From positions 32,001 to 96,000 of the IMG/VR virus record IMGVR_UViG_3300044673_000278: a stretch of DNA of 64,000 nucleotides. One strand, written 5' to 3'. This DNA is from a virus (lineage: Duplodnaviria > Heunggongvirae > Uroviricota > Caudoviricetes). Positions 46,101 through 53,976 of the stretch are shown here, one piece after another (the stretch's first letter is position 1; each line of letters opens with the position of its first letter). The translations under genes and the position numbers were made by a program. The notes beneath the pieces were generated by a model. That model was not told the origin of the DNA. It did no database searches and saw only the letters and a list, made by a program, of their open reading frames with translations.

Positions 46101-46107
46101 TGATACA

Positions 46108-46136
46108 AGTATATAGTTATCTTGCACAAAAGTCAA
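46108..46136 (-). promoter_or_regulatory. sigma70-like promoter for uvsW (predicted leaderless)
   Basis: TTGACT-N17-TATACT ending 7 nt before ATG 46100. Confidence 0.7.
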
Positions 46137-46161
46137 AAAAGCAGGCACCGAAGTGCCTGCT
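46135..46161 (-). terminator. rho-independent terminator with cUUCGg loop
   Basis: GCAGGCAC-UUCG-GUGCCUGC-UUUUUU. Confidence 0.9.
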
Positions 46162-46206
46162 GTAAAGCCCAGGGCCGGAGCCAACCGTTTGTTGCCCTGG
46201 GAAAAC

Positions 46207-46317
46207 TTAACTCATGTCCGCTACACGAACATCAAATCCTGACTCTGTGTATGTATCTGCTTCACTGGCGTCATCTACAGAAAACAAGAACAAATCACCA
46301 TCCCAAATCTCGTACAT
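46207..46317 (-). CDS. 36-aa acidic peptide (not in ORF track)
   Basis: AAGGAG SD; MYEIWDGDLFLF...DMS*. Confidence 0.6.
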   Translation of the reverse strand: MYEIWDGDLFLFSVDDASEADTYTESGFDVRVADMS

Positions 46318-46326
46318 ACTGTCTCC

Positions 46327-46479
46327 TTAAAAAATGGCATTTGCGGCGGCCGCAGCATTCCACGCACTGAAAAAAATATTCATCCAGCCTAGCTTGTTGT
46401 TGCCGGCTTCAAAGTCTCGTTCAGCCCATTTCCACATCAGCCAAGCAAGAAAAATATTGATCACAACCCAAAAGCTCAT
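46327..46479 (-). CDS. 50-aa membrane peptide (not in ORF track)
   Basis: MSFWVVINIFLAWLMWK...; ATGA-coupled. Confidence 0.6.
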   Translation of the reverse strand: MSFWVVINIFLAWLMWKWAERDFEAGNNKLGWMNIFFSAWNAAAAANAIF

Positions 46480-46583
46480 GCCATCACCGCAATCAAAAAG
46501 ATAAAAAACGCTGCCACAGGATAGCCAAACAACAGGGCCATCATTGCTAGTATGGTTCCAAAGAAAGCCTTGTCACTGCTCAT
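46476..46583 (-). CDS. 35-aa membrane peptide (not in ORF track)
   Basis: MSSDKAFFGTILAMMALLFGYPVAAFFIFLIAVMA*. Confidence 0.55.
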   Translation of the reverse strand: MSSDKAFFGTILAMMALLFGYPVAAFFIFLIAVMA

Positions 46584-46585
46584 AA

Positions 46586-46708
46586 TCAATGCACTTGAAA
46601 CTTGAACCAATTGTGTTCAACGATTAGCAATATCGAAGTGAGCAGCAAACCCCAAATCAGATTACCCGACAGAGCCAATGCCAACACCGCAAGCCATCCA
46701 GTAATCAT
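46586..46708 (-). CDS. 40-aa membrane peptide (not in ORF track)
   Basis: MITGWLAVLALALSGNLIWGLLL...; tiles the gap. Confidence 0.55.
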   Translation of the reverse strand: MITGWLAVLALALSGNLIWGLLLTSILLIVEHNWFKFQVH

Positions 46709-46709
46709 G

Positions 46710-46874
46710 TTATTTCTCTCTACGGTTTGCAAACCAGACCAGCGGAGCAAAAATCACTGCCATAAAGATCAACCACGGCACAATCACTTCAACAAACATT
46801 GAGCCACCCAACACCCACAGCATATAGATGCTGAACGCAGTAAAGGTATAGATCAAATATACAGTGAGACTCAT
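46710..46874 (-). CDS. small two-TM membrane protein
   Basis: Almost entirely hydrophobic; AGGA SD. Confidence 0.6.
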   Translation of the reverse strand: MSLTVYLIYTFTAFSIYMLWVLGGSMFVEVIVPWLIFMAVIFAPLVWFANRREK

Positions 46875-46876
46875 GA

Positions 46877-47059
46877 TCAGTCCTGCTTCAAGCAAACAAA
46901 CCGGACTTCTTTGGTAGTGCGTTTACCAAGTGCTTCGCTCTGTTTACCAGCAGCCAGACAGGCAGCTTCGGACTTGAACCCTGGCACTGTAGTCAGCGCC
47001 ATTGAATCTTTTTCACTGAGCATGCCTGCATGCAAAAATAAAATCAAAACGTATGTCAT
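46877..47059 (-). CDS. small protein with signal-like N-terminus and a Cys pair
   Basis: MTYVLILFL...F.SEAAC..AG...C. Confidence 0.65.
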   Translation of the reverse strand: MTYVLILFLHAGMLSEKDSMALTTVPGFKSEAACLAAGKQSEALGKRTTKEVRFVCLKQD

Positions 47060-47265
47060 TCTTCGACTCCGAAACCAAAATGTTCCAAGATGCCCTTAGG
47101 GCCATCAAACGCAAGTGTAGCACATTCCCGAACAATCAACTCGGCGAACTTGGCCACATCCAGTTTTTCTGTGGGCTCGTCCAAGCCCTTGGATAGAGCG
47201 TAGTCCTCTGCTTGATCGGCAGGAACGGCACTCAGCTTGATCAGTTCTTGAATTCGTTCGTTCAT
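47056..47265 (-). CDS. MNxRI...KFAELIV...HFGVEE family paralogue 1
   Basis: Shares three motifs with neighbours. Confidence 0.75.
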   Translation of the reverse strand: MNERIQELIKLSAVPADQAEDYALSKGLDEPTEKLDVAKFAELIVRECATLAFDGPKGILEHFGFGVEE

Positions 47266-47510
47266 TGTTCAACTCCGAAATGTTCCAGCAACTCTGTTCG
47301 CACATCGTCGCAATCCAACATCTGGTTACCGTCGTCGTCACAAGTAACCAGGTCATCAATATGGTCAGCACATTCCTTGACAATCAACTCGGCGAACTTT
47401 TCTTTAACCACTTGAAGATACTCCTTGCCTTGATATAGCCCATTGGCATCGCAAACACCCAAAGCATATTCCACGGCCTGCGCATCAAGTTCTCGAATTC
47501 GTTTGTTCAT
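47262..47510 (-). CDS. MNxRI...KFAELIV...HFGVEE family paralogue 2
   Basis: Shares three motifs with neighbours. Confidence 0.75.
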   Translation of the reverse strand: MNKRIRELDAQAVEYALGVCDANGLYQGKEYLQVVKEKFAELIVKECADHIDDLVTCDDDGNQMLDCDDVRTELLEHFGVEQ

Positions 47511-47513
47511 AGT

Positions 47514-47636
47514 TTAACTCCTAATTCTACGCCATACAACTTCAAATGTAGTTGGCTTTAACATAACTTCCCAACCTTGAGGAATATGTTCAGGGAATAG
47601 ACTTGTTTTACCGTTGCTGTGTTTGTACAGTTTCAT
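47514..47636 (-). CDS. 40-aa hypothetical peptide (not in ORF track)
   Basis: MKLYKHSNGK...RRIRS*; ATGA-coupled with GGAG SD. Confidence 0.55.
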   Translation of the reverse strand: MKLYKHSNGKTSLFPEHIPQGWEVMLKPTTFEVVWRRIRS

Positions 47637-47827
47637 TCTTCAACTCCACAAAGTTTTAAAATCTCTGCTCTATACCGGCCGCCTTCAAAGTTGTCGGCAA
47701 TGTGATACATTAGTGTATAGCAACCCATTGCGGCTATAGCATCGTGCTCTGGACGATATTCAACACCGGCAAGACTGGCAAACTCTGGCCCCCAGTATTG
47801 TTTGCGGTCCTCAATGTAGTTGCTCAT
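47633..47827 (-). CDS. hypothetical protein ending in GVEE
   Basis: Unrelated body but the same 3' junction as the paralogue family. Confidence 0.65.
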   Translation of the reverse strand: MSNYIEDRKQYWGPEFASLAGVEYRPEHDAIAAMGCYTLMYHIADNFEGGRYRAEILKLCGVEE

Positions 47828-48018
47828 TCTTCAACTCCGAAATGCTTATTCAGTTCATCAAATGCTGATTCGTGCCCAGTAATGAACAAAGTTTGCATCA
47901 CCTCTTCTAACAATAAATCGGCGAACTTTTCAACGTTAACCTCGTTCATCGGACCATCATCGCTGTCGTAGTCAGGATTGGTGGCCTGCTTGATAAGTTC
48001 CCGAATTCGTTGGTTCAT
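47824..48018 (-). CDS. MNxRI...KFA.L...HFGVEE family paralogue 3
   Basis: Shares three motifs; AAGGA SD. Confidence 0.75.
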   Translation of the reverse strand: MNQRIRELIKQATNPDYDSDDGPMNEVNVEKFADLLLEEVMQTLFITGHESAFDELNKHFGVEE

Positions 48019-48077
48019 TTGTCATCCTTTATCGAAACGGGACTTATTGGCACTGCCCGTTACGCACACGGCAGGGG

Positions 48078-48257
48078 TTAACCCTGGAATCCCACACAGG
48101 ACTCGAATACTTCAATGAGTTCTTCGTCCGTCATGCCGTCAAGTTCGGCTGGGTCAGTGATATGATCTTCCTCGTCACAATCAAAGCAACGAGGAATTCC
48201 ATAACCATCACTGTCTTTGACAAAGGCTTTGAGACGATTGATGACAAGTTCACGCAT
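48078..48257 (-). CDS. 59-aa acidic hypothetical protein (not in ORF track)
   Basis: AAGGAG SD; MRELVINRLKAF...GFQG*. Confidence 0.65.
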   Translation of the reverse strand: MRELVINRLKAFVKDSDGYGIPRCFDCDEEDHITDPAELDGMTDEELIEVFESCVGFQG

Positions 48258-48267
48258 GGTTCTCTCC

Positions 48268-49296
48268 TTAGTCAGCAGCCTTCATGCATGTGGTCTCTGC
48301 CAAACGCTTCCAGTTCAGCGGGCTCAGCTTGCGCAGGTCTGCAATCTTCAGCGCCATACGCAGGCTCATTTCACGCAGACGAGTCTGCTTCTCCGACATG
48401 AAGTCGATGATCTCGTCTTGCACACACTGATCAAAGTCGTAGTCCTGGAACAACACACCGTCCTTGGCAATCTGACGAATGCGCAGGATCTTGTCACGCA
48501 TGGTGTCCAAGGTCAGGTCCAGATAGTGACAACGGCTCTGCAGAGCGTCAAGGTGATCGCGCAGTTTCTGGCTCTTCATCTTGTCGAACTTCAAGTTGGT
48601 AATGAAGATCACCGAGCCTTTGAATTCAAAGCTGTCGGGGATGCCTTCTTGGCGCAGGATGCGGCTGTCAGCCAGCCACGAAATCTTACGCTTCTTGCCA
48701 GAGTCCAGGGCACCCTTCAGCAGGTTCAGTGCAACGTCATCCAGCAAGATGCTGTCACAGTCGTCAAACACAACCACGCAATTGGGGTCACTATATTTGT
48801 ACAGAGTTTGATACAGGCCAATGGGAGTGGCCGAACCTTTGACAACCTCAGCTCGCAGTCGCTTGCCGGCAATCTTGTCAAACATGCAAGCCTTGTCAAT
48901 CTCTTGCTCCACGCCAAAGCTCTTGCCAACACCCGGAGGGCCTGAAACAATCATAGCACGGATGTCGCCGCCGACACAGGCACGGCTCATTTCAGTCAGA
49001 ATGTCAAAACGCTCACGGATACGATCCATGGCTTGTTCGTCAGTTTCTTGCACAGCCACAGCAGGCTTTTCGATGTGAATGGTGTTGTCTTGTGTCATGC
49101 CGCTAGTATACTCGATATCTGCGATGTTGTCAACGCGGACACGAATCGTATCAGGGCAACGAGGAAAATTGTCACCGTTTTTCACAGTAACGTAGCTACC
49201 TTTGGCTCCAGTTTGAAAGCCAGACACCAGTTCAAACACAGTGTCTTTGATAGCAATACCGCGGTAGTTACCGTTGAGAATTCGAATGGTGGACAT
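48268..49296 (-). CDS. AAA+ ATPase
   Basis: GPPGVGKS, VVVFDDCD, IFITN, ALQSR. Confidence 0.88.
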   Translation of the reverse strand: MSTIRILNGNYRGIAIKDTVFELVSGFQTGAKGSYVTVKNGDNFPRCPDTIRVRVDNIADIEYTSGMTQDNTIHIEKPAVAVQETDEQAMDRIRERFDILTEMSRACVGGDIRAMIVSGPPGVGKSFGVEQEIDKACMFDKIAGKRLRAEVVKGSATPIGLYQTLYKYSDPNCVVVFDDCDSILLDDVALNLLKGALDSGKKRKISWLADSRILRQEGIPDSFEFKGSVIFITNLKFDKMKSQKLRDHLDALQSRCHYLDLTLDTMRDKILRIRQIAKDGVLFQDYDFDQCVQDEIIDFMSEKQTRLREMSLRMALKIADLRKLSPLNWKRLAETTCMKAAD

Positions 49297-49324
49297 TGTG
49301 GCTCCGTTTTGTTACTGTTCTTGT

Positions 49325-49353
49325 ATTATAGCAAATGATGAATTATTGGGCAA
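49325..49353 (-). promoter_or_regulatory. early sigma70-like promoter
   Basis: TTGCCC-N17-TATAAT. Confidence 0.75.
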
Positions 49354-49483
49354 CCGTTTGCTGTTGCTCAAGCTCTTGTTGCGAAAATACAACACCGCCG
49401 TAGGCTTGTTGGAACTGCTCTGCTACTGCACGAAGGAAAAAAGTGTATACTTTACCTTTACTGGTAATCAGAGTGTACTGCAT
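49343..49483 (-). CDS. 46-aa early peptide (not in ORF track)
   Basis: AAGGAG SD; MQYTLITSKGKVYTF...TVAQ*. Confidence 0.7.
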   Translation of the reverse strand: MQYTLITSKGKVYTFFLRAVAEQFQQAYGGVVFSQQELEQQQTVAQ

Positions 49484-49510
49484 GTGGCTCCTTTTTGCTA
49501 CTGTTCTTAT

Positions 49511-49539
49511 ATTGTAGCAAAAAGGTTATTTTTGGTCAA
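49511..49539 (-). promoter_or_regulatory. early sigma70-like promoter
   Basis: TTGACC-N17-TACAAT. Confidence 0.75.
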
Positions 49540-49753
49540 CCGTTTTGTTGAATTCTGCGTCAAATTTTGCTTGGGTCAGTTTGATATCGTAGATCATTTT
49601 GGTGCCAAAGCACAGGGCCGCGATGCCCAAAATGGTACCCAGTACCTGCATTGGTACAAGAAAAATTATAGCAGGCACTGCCACGCTGATAGCTGCCAGG
49701 CCCAGGCAAGTTTTGGCTGTTTCTTTGATGGCTGTTTTTTGGATCTGATCCAT
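49526..49753 (-). CDS. small two-TM early protein
   Basis: AAGGA SD; two hydrophobic helices. Confidence 0.7.
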   Translation of the reverse strand: MDQIQKTAIKETAKTCLGLAAISVAVPAIIFLVPMQVLGTILGIAALCFGTKMIYDIKLTQAKFDAEFNKTVDQK

Positions 49754-49779
49754 GATGATTCCTTTGTGTCTATGCGCTA

Positions 49780-49835
49780 ATTATAGCACTTGCCGAATTA
49801 TTGGTCAAACTGCAAAGGTAATACTCAAGTATTAC
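49780..49835 (-). promoter_or_regulatory. early promoter with upstream perfect 18-bp palindrome
   Basis: TTGACC-N17-TATAAT (49780-49808); GTAATACT-ca-AGTATTAC at 49818-49835. Confidence 0.75.
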
Positions 49836-50035
49836 TGAGCCAGAGTTTGCAGGAACATGTTTTTGAGCTCTTCTACGTCCTCGTACTCAACATAAAAGTC
49901 GGTAGTAGGATCGTAGTACTTTCCCTCTTTGGGATCGTAGTACAAGACCTGACCGTTGGGGTAGAAGAAAGGACCTTCCAGACCCTTGCGTGGTTGCCAT
50001 TTTGTATCACGCTCACGCAGAACTCGATATCCCAT
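49832..50035 (-). CDS. small early protein
   Basis: AAGGAG SD; GLEGPF...YYDPKEGKYYDP. Confidence 0.8.
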   Translation of the reverse strand: MGYRVLRERDTKWQPRKGLEGPFFYPNGQVLYYDPKEGKYYDPTTDFYVEYEDVEELKNMFLQTLAQ

Positions 50036-50063
50036 GTCAGGCTCCTTTGTTGTTACAGCCCTA

Positions 50064-50093
50064 ATTATAACCGAAATTCGATTATTTGGTCAA
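50064..50093 (-). promoter_or_regulatory. early sigma70-like promoter
   Basis: TTGACC-N18-TATAAT. Confidence 0.7.
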
Positions 50094-50354
50094 CTCAGCA
50101 GAAAGTAGTATCAAAGTAAGATCCGCTTCGTTGCGAAACGAAATCCAGTAGAGACGAGGGGAAAAGGGATCAGGGCGAGATCCGTAACGGCCGTGCCAGG
50201 GACCTTGTGCGTCCCAACTGCTGGTTTTGAACTTTTCTTTACAGATCCTTTCGATCTCCCTGGCGTTGCGATTAAACTCAGTGAACCGCAGAGCCACAGT
50301 GTGCCTGTGCTCTCGGAACATTTTGTATCTGCCGTTTAACTTGACAATTTTCAT
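50082..50354 (-). CDS. hypothetical early protein
   Basis: 90-aa ORF directly behind a promoter. Confidence 0.7.
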   Translation of the reverse strand: MKIVKLNGRYKMFREHRHTVALRFTEFNRNAREIERICKEKFKTSSWDAQGPWHGRYGSRPDPFSPRLYWISFRNEADLTLILLSAELTK

Positions 50355-50360
50355 GCCCTA

Positions 50361-50389
50361 ATTGTAGCACTGAGCGAATTATTGGTCAA
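50361..50389 (-). promoter_or_regulatory. early sigma70-like promoter (predicted leaderless)
   Basis: TTGACC-N17-TACAAT ending 6 nt before ATG 50354. Confidence 0.75.
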
Positions 50390-51123
50390 CGCCAGTGTGC
50401 TTCAACAATGGGATCATTGACTTGATGTGGTTTGGGTTGACCGTGAAACACAATTACACTGGCATTGGGGTCGTGCTGTGCAGGTGTGCCCGGTGCGCGA
50501 TGTCTGCGGCGTGGGAAATCATAGCCGCCTTCTTGACACTGCCAGCGCCAACTTTGAAAATGTTGATCGGGCCAAAAACGTTTGTATTGATGTGATATCA
50601 CAGTGTCAAGATAGTCCTGGTCGCCGTGGTATCTTTTTACAATCATTTCTCTGGACTCACGATTGAAGTCGTGCCATACATGAGCAAACTTACTGACATT
50701 CCACCACATCATGCTGGAGTTCATTTTACTACAGGGATGCTGTAGATATCTAAAATCTCTTATGGTCCAAAAGTAATCTGTATTTGATTGTGCAACCCAA
50801 TCAAGGCTGTTGACAACGACCACATCCAAGTCCAAGTACAGCAAGTTACCGGCGAAGTGCTCAGGATTGAACAATTGCATTTTGTTCCACCAAGATTTTT
50901 TCGGTCCCTGAGCTTCGGGCCACGGTTCCAAACAATGCTTGATCATGTGTGGGGGCACTGGCCTGTCTGCTTCGGTGTACACATGAAAATTGATGCCTAC
51001 AGACAACTGTCGACTCAACATACTGTAAAGTCGTTCAACGTAGTCCCAACTGTAGCCAGACCCGTGTATTACACAAGCACAGTTTATGGGACCTGTAATG
51101 CTGGGCGTATTCTGTTTAGCCAT
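50386..51123 (-). CDS. GT-A glycosyltransferase
   Basis: WWNKMQLF, YLDLD, NSS, GDQDY, FHGQPKP. Confidence 0.85.
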   Translation of the reverse strand: MAKQNTPSITGPINCACVIHGSGYSWDYVERLYSMLSRQLSVGINFHVYTEADRPVPPHMIKHCLEPWPEAQGPKKSWWNKMQLFNPEHFAGNLLYLDLDVVVVNSLDWVAQSNTDYFWTIRDFRYLQHPCSKMNSSMMWWNVSKFAHVWHDFNRESREMIVKRYHGDQDYLDTVISHQYKRFWPDQHFQSWRWQCQEGGYDFPRRRHRAPGTPAQHDPNASVIVFHGQPKPHQVNDPIVEAHWR

Positions 51124-51935
51124 GTTCCTGTTATGATTTCTTCTACTGTGTATTCTGTGTGACAAATTTCTACCAACCACTGAGCGCGATCTACATCGTA
51201 GGGCTGTTCGATGTTGGCAAGATTGATTGCCACAGGTGCAGCCAAACTTGATTGATCAACCACGGGTCTACATCCTGCAACAGCAGCTTGTATACCCGGG
51301 CCTGAATTGTAGTTGATCACAGCATGACATCGATAATGCATGTCGTAGCTGTCGTAGGTATTGGTTAATTTTTGTGGTTGCACAACCTTTACACCTGCTG
51401 GTAACTCGCCGAGCGGAAGTCTTGACCTAGGATGTGGACGCACAACAATGGGCCTGTCTGACACTGCACGAATATTTGTAATTTGTTGGTGAACCCAAAC
51501 AGGCATGTTGATATTTTCAGTTTGCAAACTCAGCGGGTGTTGTGCTGCAATTACAATTTCTTCTGTGTGGACGGATTGTGTTGCTAGGCTGATGTTTAAT
51601 TTAGCAGGACGATCCCAATCTAAATCTTCAGTGTGTCCATAATACCCTGCTGAAGTTATGTTATTGACTGCAATTTTCCAAGTATGCCCACGATACAATG
51701 CGCCTACTTCCACAATGATCACGGGTTTGTTTTGAGTGCGATAGTGACGATACACTGCTCGATTGGCTGTCATGCGCCCATTCCAAAGCACAGACCAAAT
51801 CACTGCTGCATCTGCTGACATTGAGTTTTCCTGTAATTTGATTCCTGCGCCCACGGCACTGTCTAGCACAGCTGACATCACTGGTCCAGAATTCAACGCA
51901 CACTGCAAAGGAAAATAAGCCAAAGTCTTGATCAC
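51084..51935 (-). CDS. capsule-modification (KpsS/KpsC-like) GT-B protein
   Basis: VVRPHP, INYNSGPGIQA..AG; start codon uncertain. Confidence 0.65.
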   Translation of the reverse strand: MIKTLAYFPLQCALNSGPVMSAVLDSAVGAGIKLQENSMSADAAVIWSVLWNGRMTANRAVYRHYRTQNKPVIIVEVGALYRGHTWKIAVNNITSAGYYGHTEDLDWDRPAKLNISLATQSVHTEEIVIAAQHPLSLQTENINMPVWVHQQITNIRAVSDRPIVVRPHPRSRLPLGELPAGVKVVQPQKLTNTYDSYDMHYRCHAVINYNSGPGIQAAVAGCRPVVDQSSLAAPVAINLANIEQPYDVDRAQWLVEICHTEYTVEEIITGTWLNRIRPALQVP

Positions 51936-51947
51936 TAAATATCCCAC

Positions 51948-52751
51948 ATGAAATACACTGTAGTTACCACATTTTCAGCCGACGGTTATAAACGTTATGG
52001 CCAGCGCATGATACAGACATTTTTGCAAAATTGGCCACAACAAGTTGATCTGCTGGTCTATGCAGAAAATTGCACAGTCACAGAAACAGCACCCAATCTG
52101 CAGGTGTTTGATTTGGCCACTGCCAGCCCCGAACTAGTCCAGTTCAAAACAAAATGGCAAGGAGTGCCCAAGGCCAACGGTGACGTCAGCGACGATCCAG
52201 TCAGACGCCAGAGAAAAGATGCTGGCAAAGGTTTTAAGTGGGACGCTGTGAGATTCAGTCACAAAGTGTATGCTATATTTGCTGCTGCTCGTGTATGCAA
52301 AACAGATTGGTTGATCTGGATGGACGCAGACACAGTGTGCCACAGCCCGCTGGACATTGAATTTCTCCATCGTATGTGCGATACCAAAAGAGATATTTGT
52401 TATCTGGGTCGTGCCAAAAAATACACCGAGTGCGGACTGTACGCAATGAACCTCCGCAGTGCAGCCACACAAAAATTCTTACACGAGTTCCAACGCTATT
52501 ACGACGATGCAGAACAGGGAATCTTTACTCTAATGGAGTGGCACGATAGTTTTGTGTTTGATCATGTTAGAATCAACACTGGACTACAGGGAACAGACTG
52601 GAGCAGCCATTTGATTTCAGGTGAAGGCCATCCACTGATCAACACTGAATGGGGTGCGTACCTTGATCATCTCAAAGGTGATCGCAAGGATCTAGGACGC
52701 AGCAAAGTCAAAGACCTAAAGGTAATAAGAAAAGAAGGCTATTGGCAGTGA
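51948..52751 (+). CDS. GT-A glycosyltransferase-like protein
   Basis: RFSHKV, WMDAD, ECG, WHDS, DHLKG. Confidence 0.75.
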   Translation: MKYTVVTTFSADGYKRYGQRMIQTFLQNWPQQVDLLVYAENCTVTETAPNLQVFDLATASPELVQFKTKWQGVPKANGDVSDDPVRRQRKDAGKGFKWDAVRFSHKVYAIFAAARVCKTDWLIWMDADTVCHSPLDIEFLHRMCDTKRDICYLGRAKKYTECGLYAMNLRSAATQKFLHEFQRYYDDAEQGIFTLMEWHDSFVFDHVRINTGLQGTDWSSHLISGEGHPLINTEWGAYLDHLKGDRKDLGRSKVKDLKVIRKEGYWQ

Positions 52752-53425
52752 AGTCCTATATCATACATCTCAGTCGTGTACCTGCTAGCCTAGCATCTGC
52801 TGAACGATTGCAAGCAGAATTAAAAGACTTTGGCCAGGAATCTGAGTTGTTTGAAGGCAGCTACGGGGATCAAACACTCGAACAATATCAAGAAATCAAT
52901 AGGCAATGTCACGACTGGGGACTCAAGGGGCCCGACAATCCATTTACAGCTGAACACAAGGTCGAACTTACCACTCCTGGTATTGTGGGCTGCTTTGACA
53001 GTCATTACAGACTTTGGCAACACTGTGCGGACATACAAGAACCCATAATGATATTCGAAGATGATGCGCATGTTATACGACCGTATGTGCCTGTGTTGTG
53101 GACTGACGTGTTGATTGTGGCTTCTAGTCATACAAAGAAAATGGGCAGGTATCAACAGTACATTAACAATCCAACTGAAGATCCTCCACGGGCCATGCCA
53201 TATGGACAAAGCACACTGCCCGGCGCTGCTGGATATGCACTGCACCCTGCTGCTGCTGATAAATTAGTAAAATGCTATCGTCGATCTTTTTTACCAGCCG
53301 ACAATGCTGTGAATCAATACCTTGTGAGAATACAAATACACAGCCACATGATAGGTTATGCAATAGACAGAGACAAAACTGACGGCAAAAGCAGTTTGAT
53401 ACGAACAAAATACTGGGACAAATAA
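52742..53425 (+). CDS. GT25 (LPS biosynthesis) glycosyltransferase
   Basis: YIIHL, GCFDSHYRLW, IFEDDA, GY, PAD. Confidence 0.85.
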   Translation: MAVKSYIIHLSRVPASLASAERLQAELKDFGQESELFEGSYGDQTLEQYQEINRQCHDWGLKGPDNPFTAEHKVELTTPGIVGCFDSHYRLWQHCADIQEPIMIFEDDAHVIRPYVPVLWTDVLIVASSHTKKMGRYQQYINNPTEDPPRAMPYGQSTLPGAAGYALHPAAADKLVKCYRRSFLPADNAVNQYLVRIQIHSHMIGYAIDRDKTDGKSSLIRTKYWDK

Positions 53426-53976
53426 TGGGATATAGTTTAAGCACAGGCAAAGCCGAAACACTGGCATGGTTCCAACAGCACGGACCATTTCAAAGAATAC
53501 TAGACATTGGTGCTGGATCAGGCACCTATATCAATTTGATTAAGATAAAGAATCGTGTTTGTCAAGACGCAGAGTGGGTAGGTATCGAAGCCTGGGCTGA
53601 ATATGTTGAAAAATTCAATCTACAACACAAATACAATCGTGTGATAAATCAGGATGTAAGAACTGTGGACTGGAACAGCATGGGTAAATTTGACGTTGCC
53701 ATTGCCGGAGATGTGTTGGAACACATGACCAAGTCCGAGGCTGTTGAATTGGTAGAACACATATTGGATCATTGTGCCACGCTGATCATCAGCATACCTA
53801 TCATACACATGCCACAGGATGCAATTGAGGGCAATCCCTATGAAGTGCATGTCAAAGACGACTGGAGTCACGACGAAGTAATGGCTACCTGGCCCCAGTA
53901 TATTCAGGAACACTATCGCAAAAGTGGCAAAAGCAAAATTGGCGTATACTGGTTATCAAAACAAAATGCTCATTAA
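53425..53976 (+). CDS. class I SAM-dependent methyltransferase
   Basis: ILDIGAGSG, GIE, DVLEH. Confidence 0.9.
   Translation: MGYSLSTGKAETLAWFQQHGPFQRILDIGAGSGTYINLIKIKNRVCQDAEWVGIEAWAEYVEKFNLQHKYNRVINQDVRTVDWNSMGKFDVAIAGDVLEHMTKSEAVELVEHILDHCATLIISIPIIHMPQDAIEGNPYEVHVKDDWSHDEVMATWPQYIQEHYRKSGKSKIGVYWLSKQNAH

Noticed and set aside
47056-48018. CRISPR-like or DGR-like repeat array
   Set aside because: Repeats are coding, degenerate and irregularly spaced; no cas or reverse transcriptase gene and no adenine-specific variation seen
48217-48945. 242-aa plus-strand ORF
   Set aside because: Antisense shadow of the AAA ATPase; no SD or recognisable motifs
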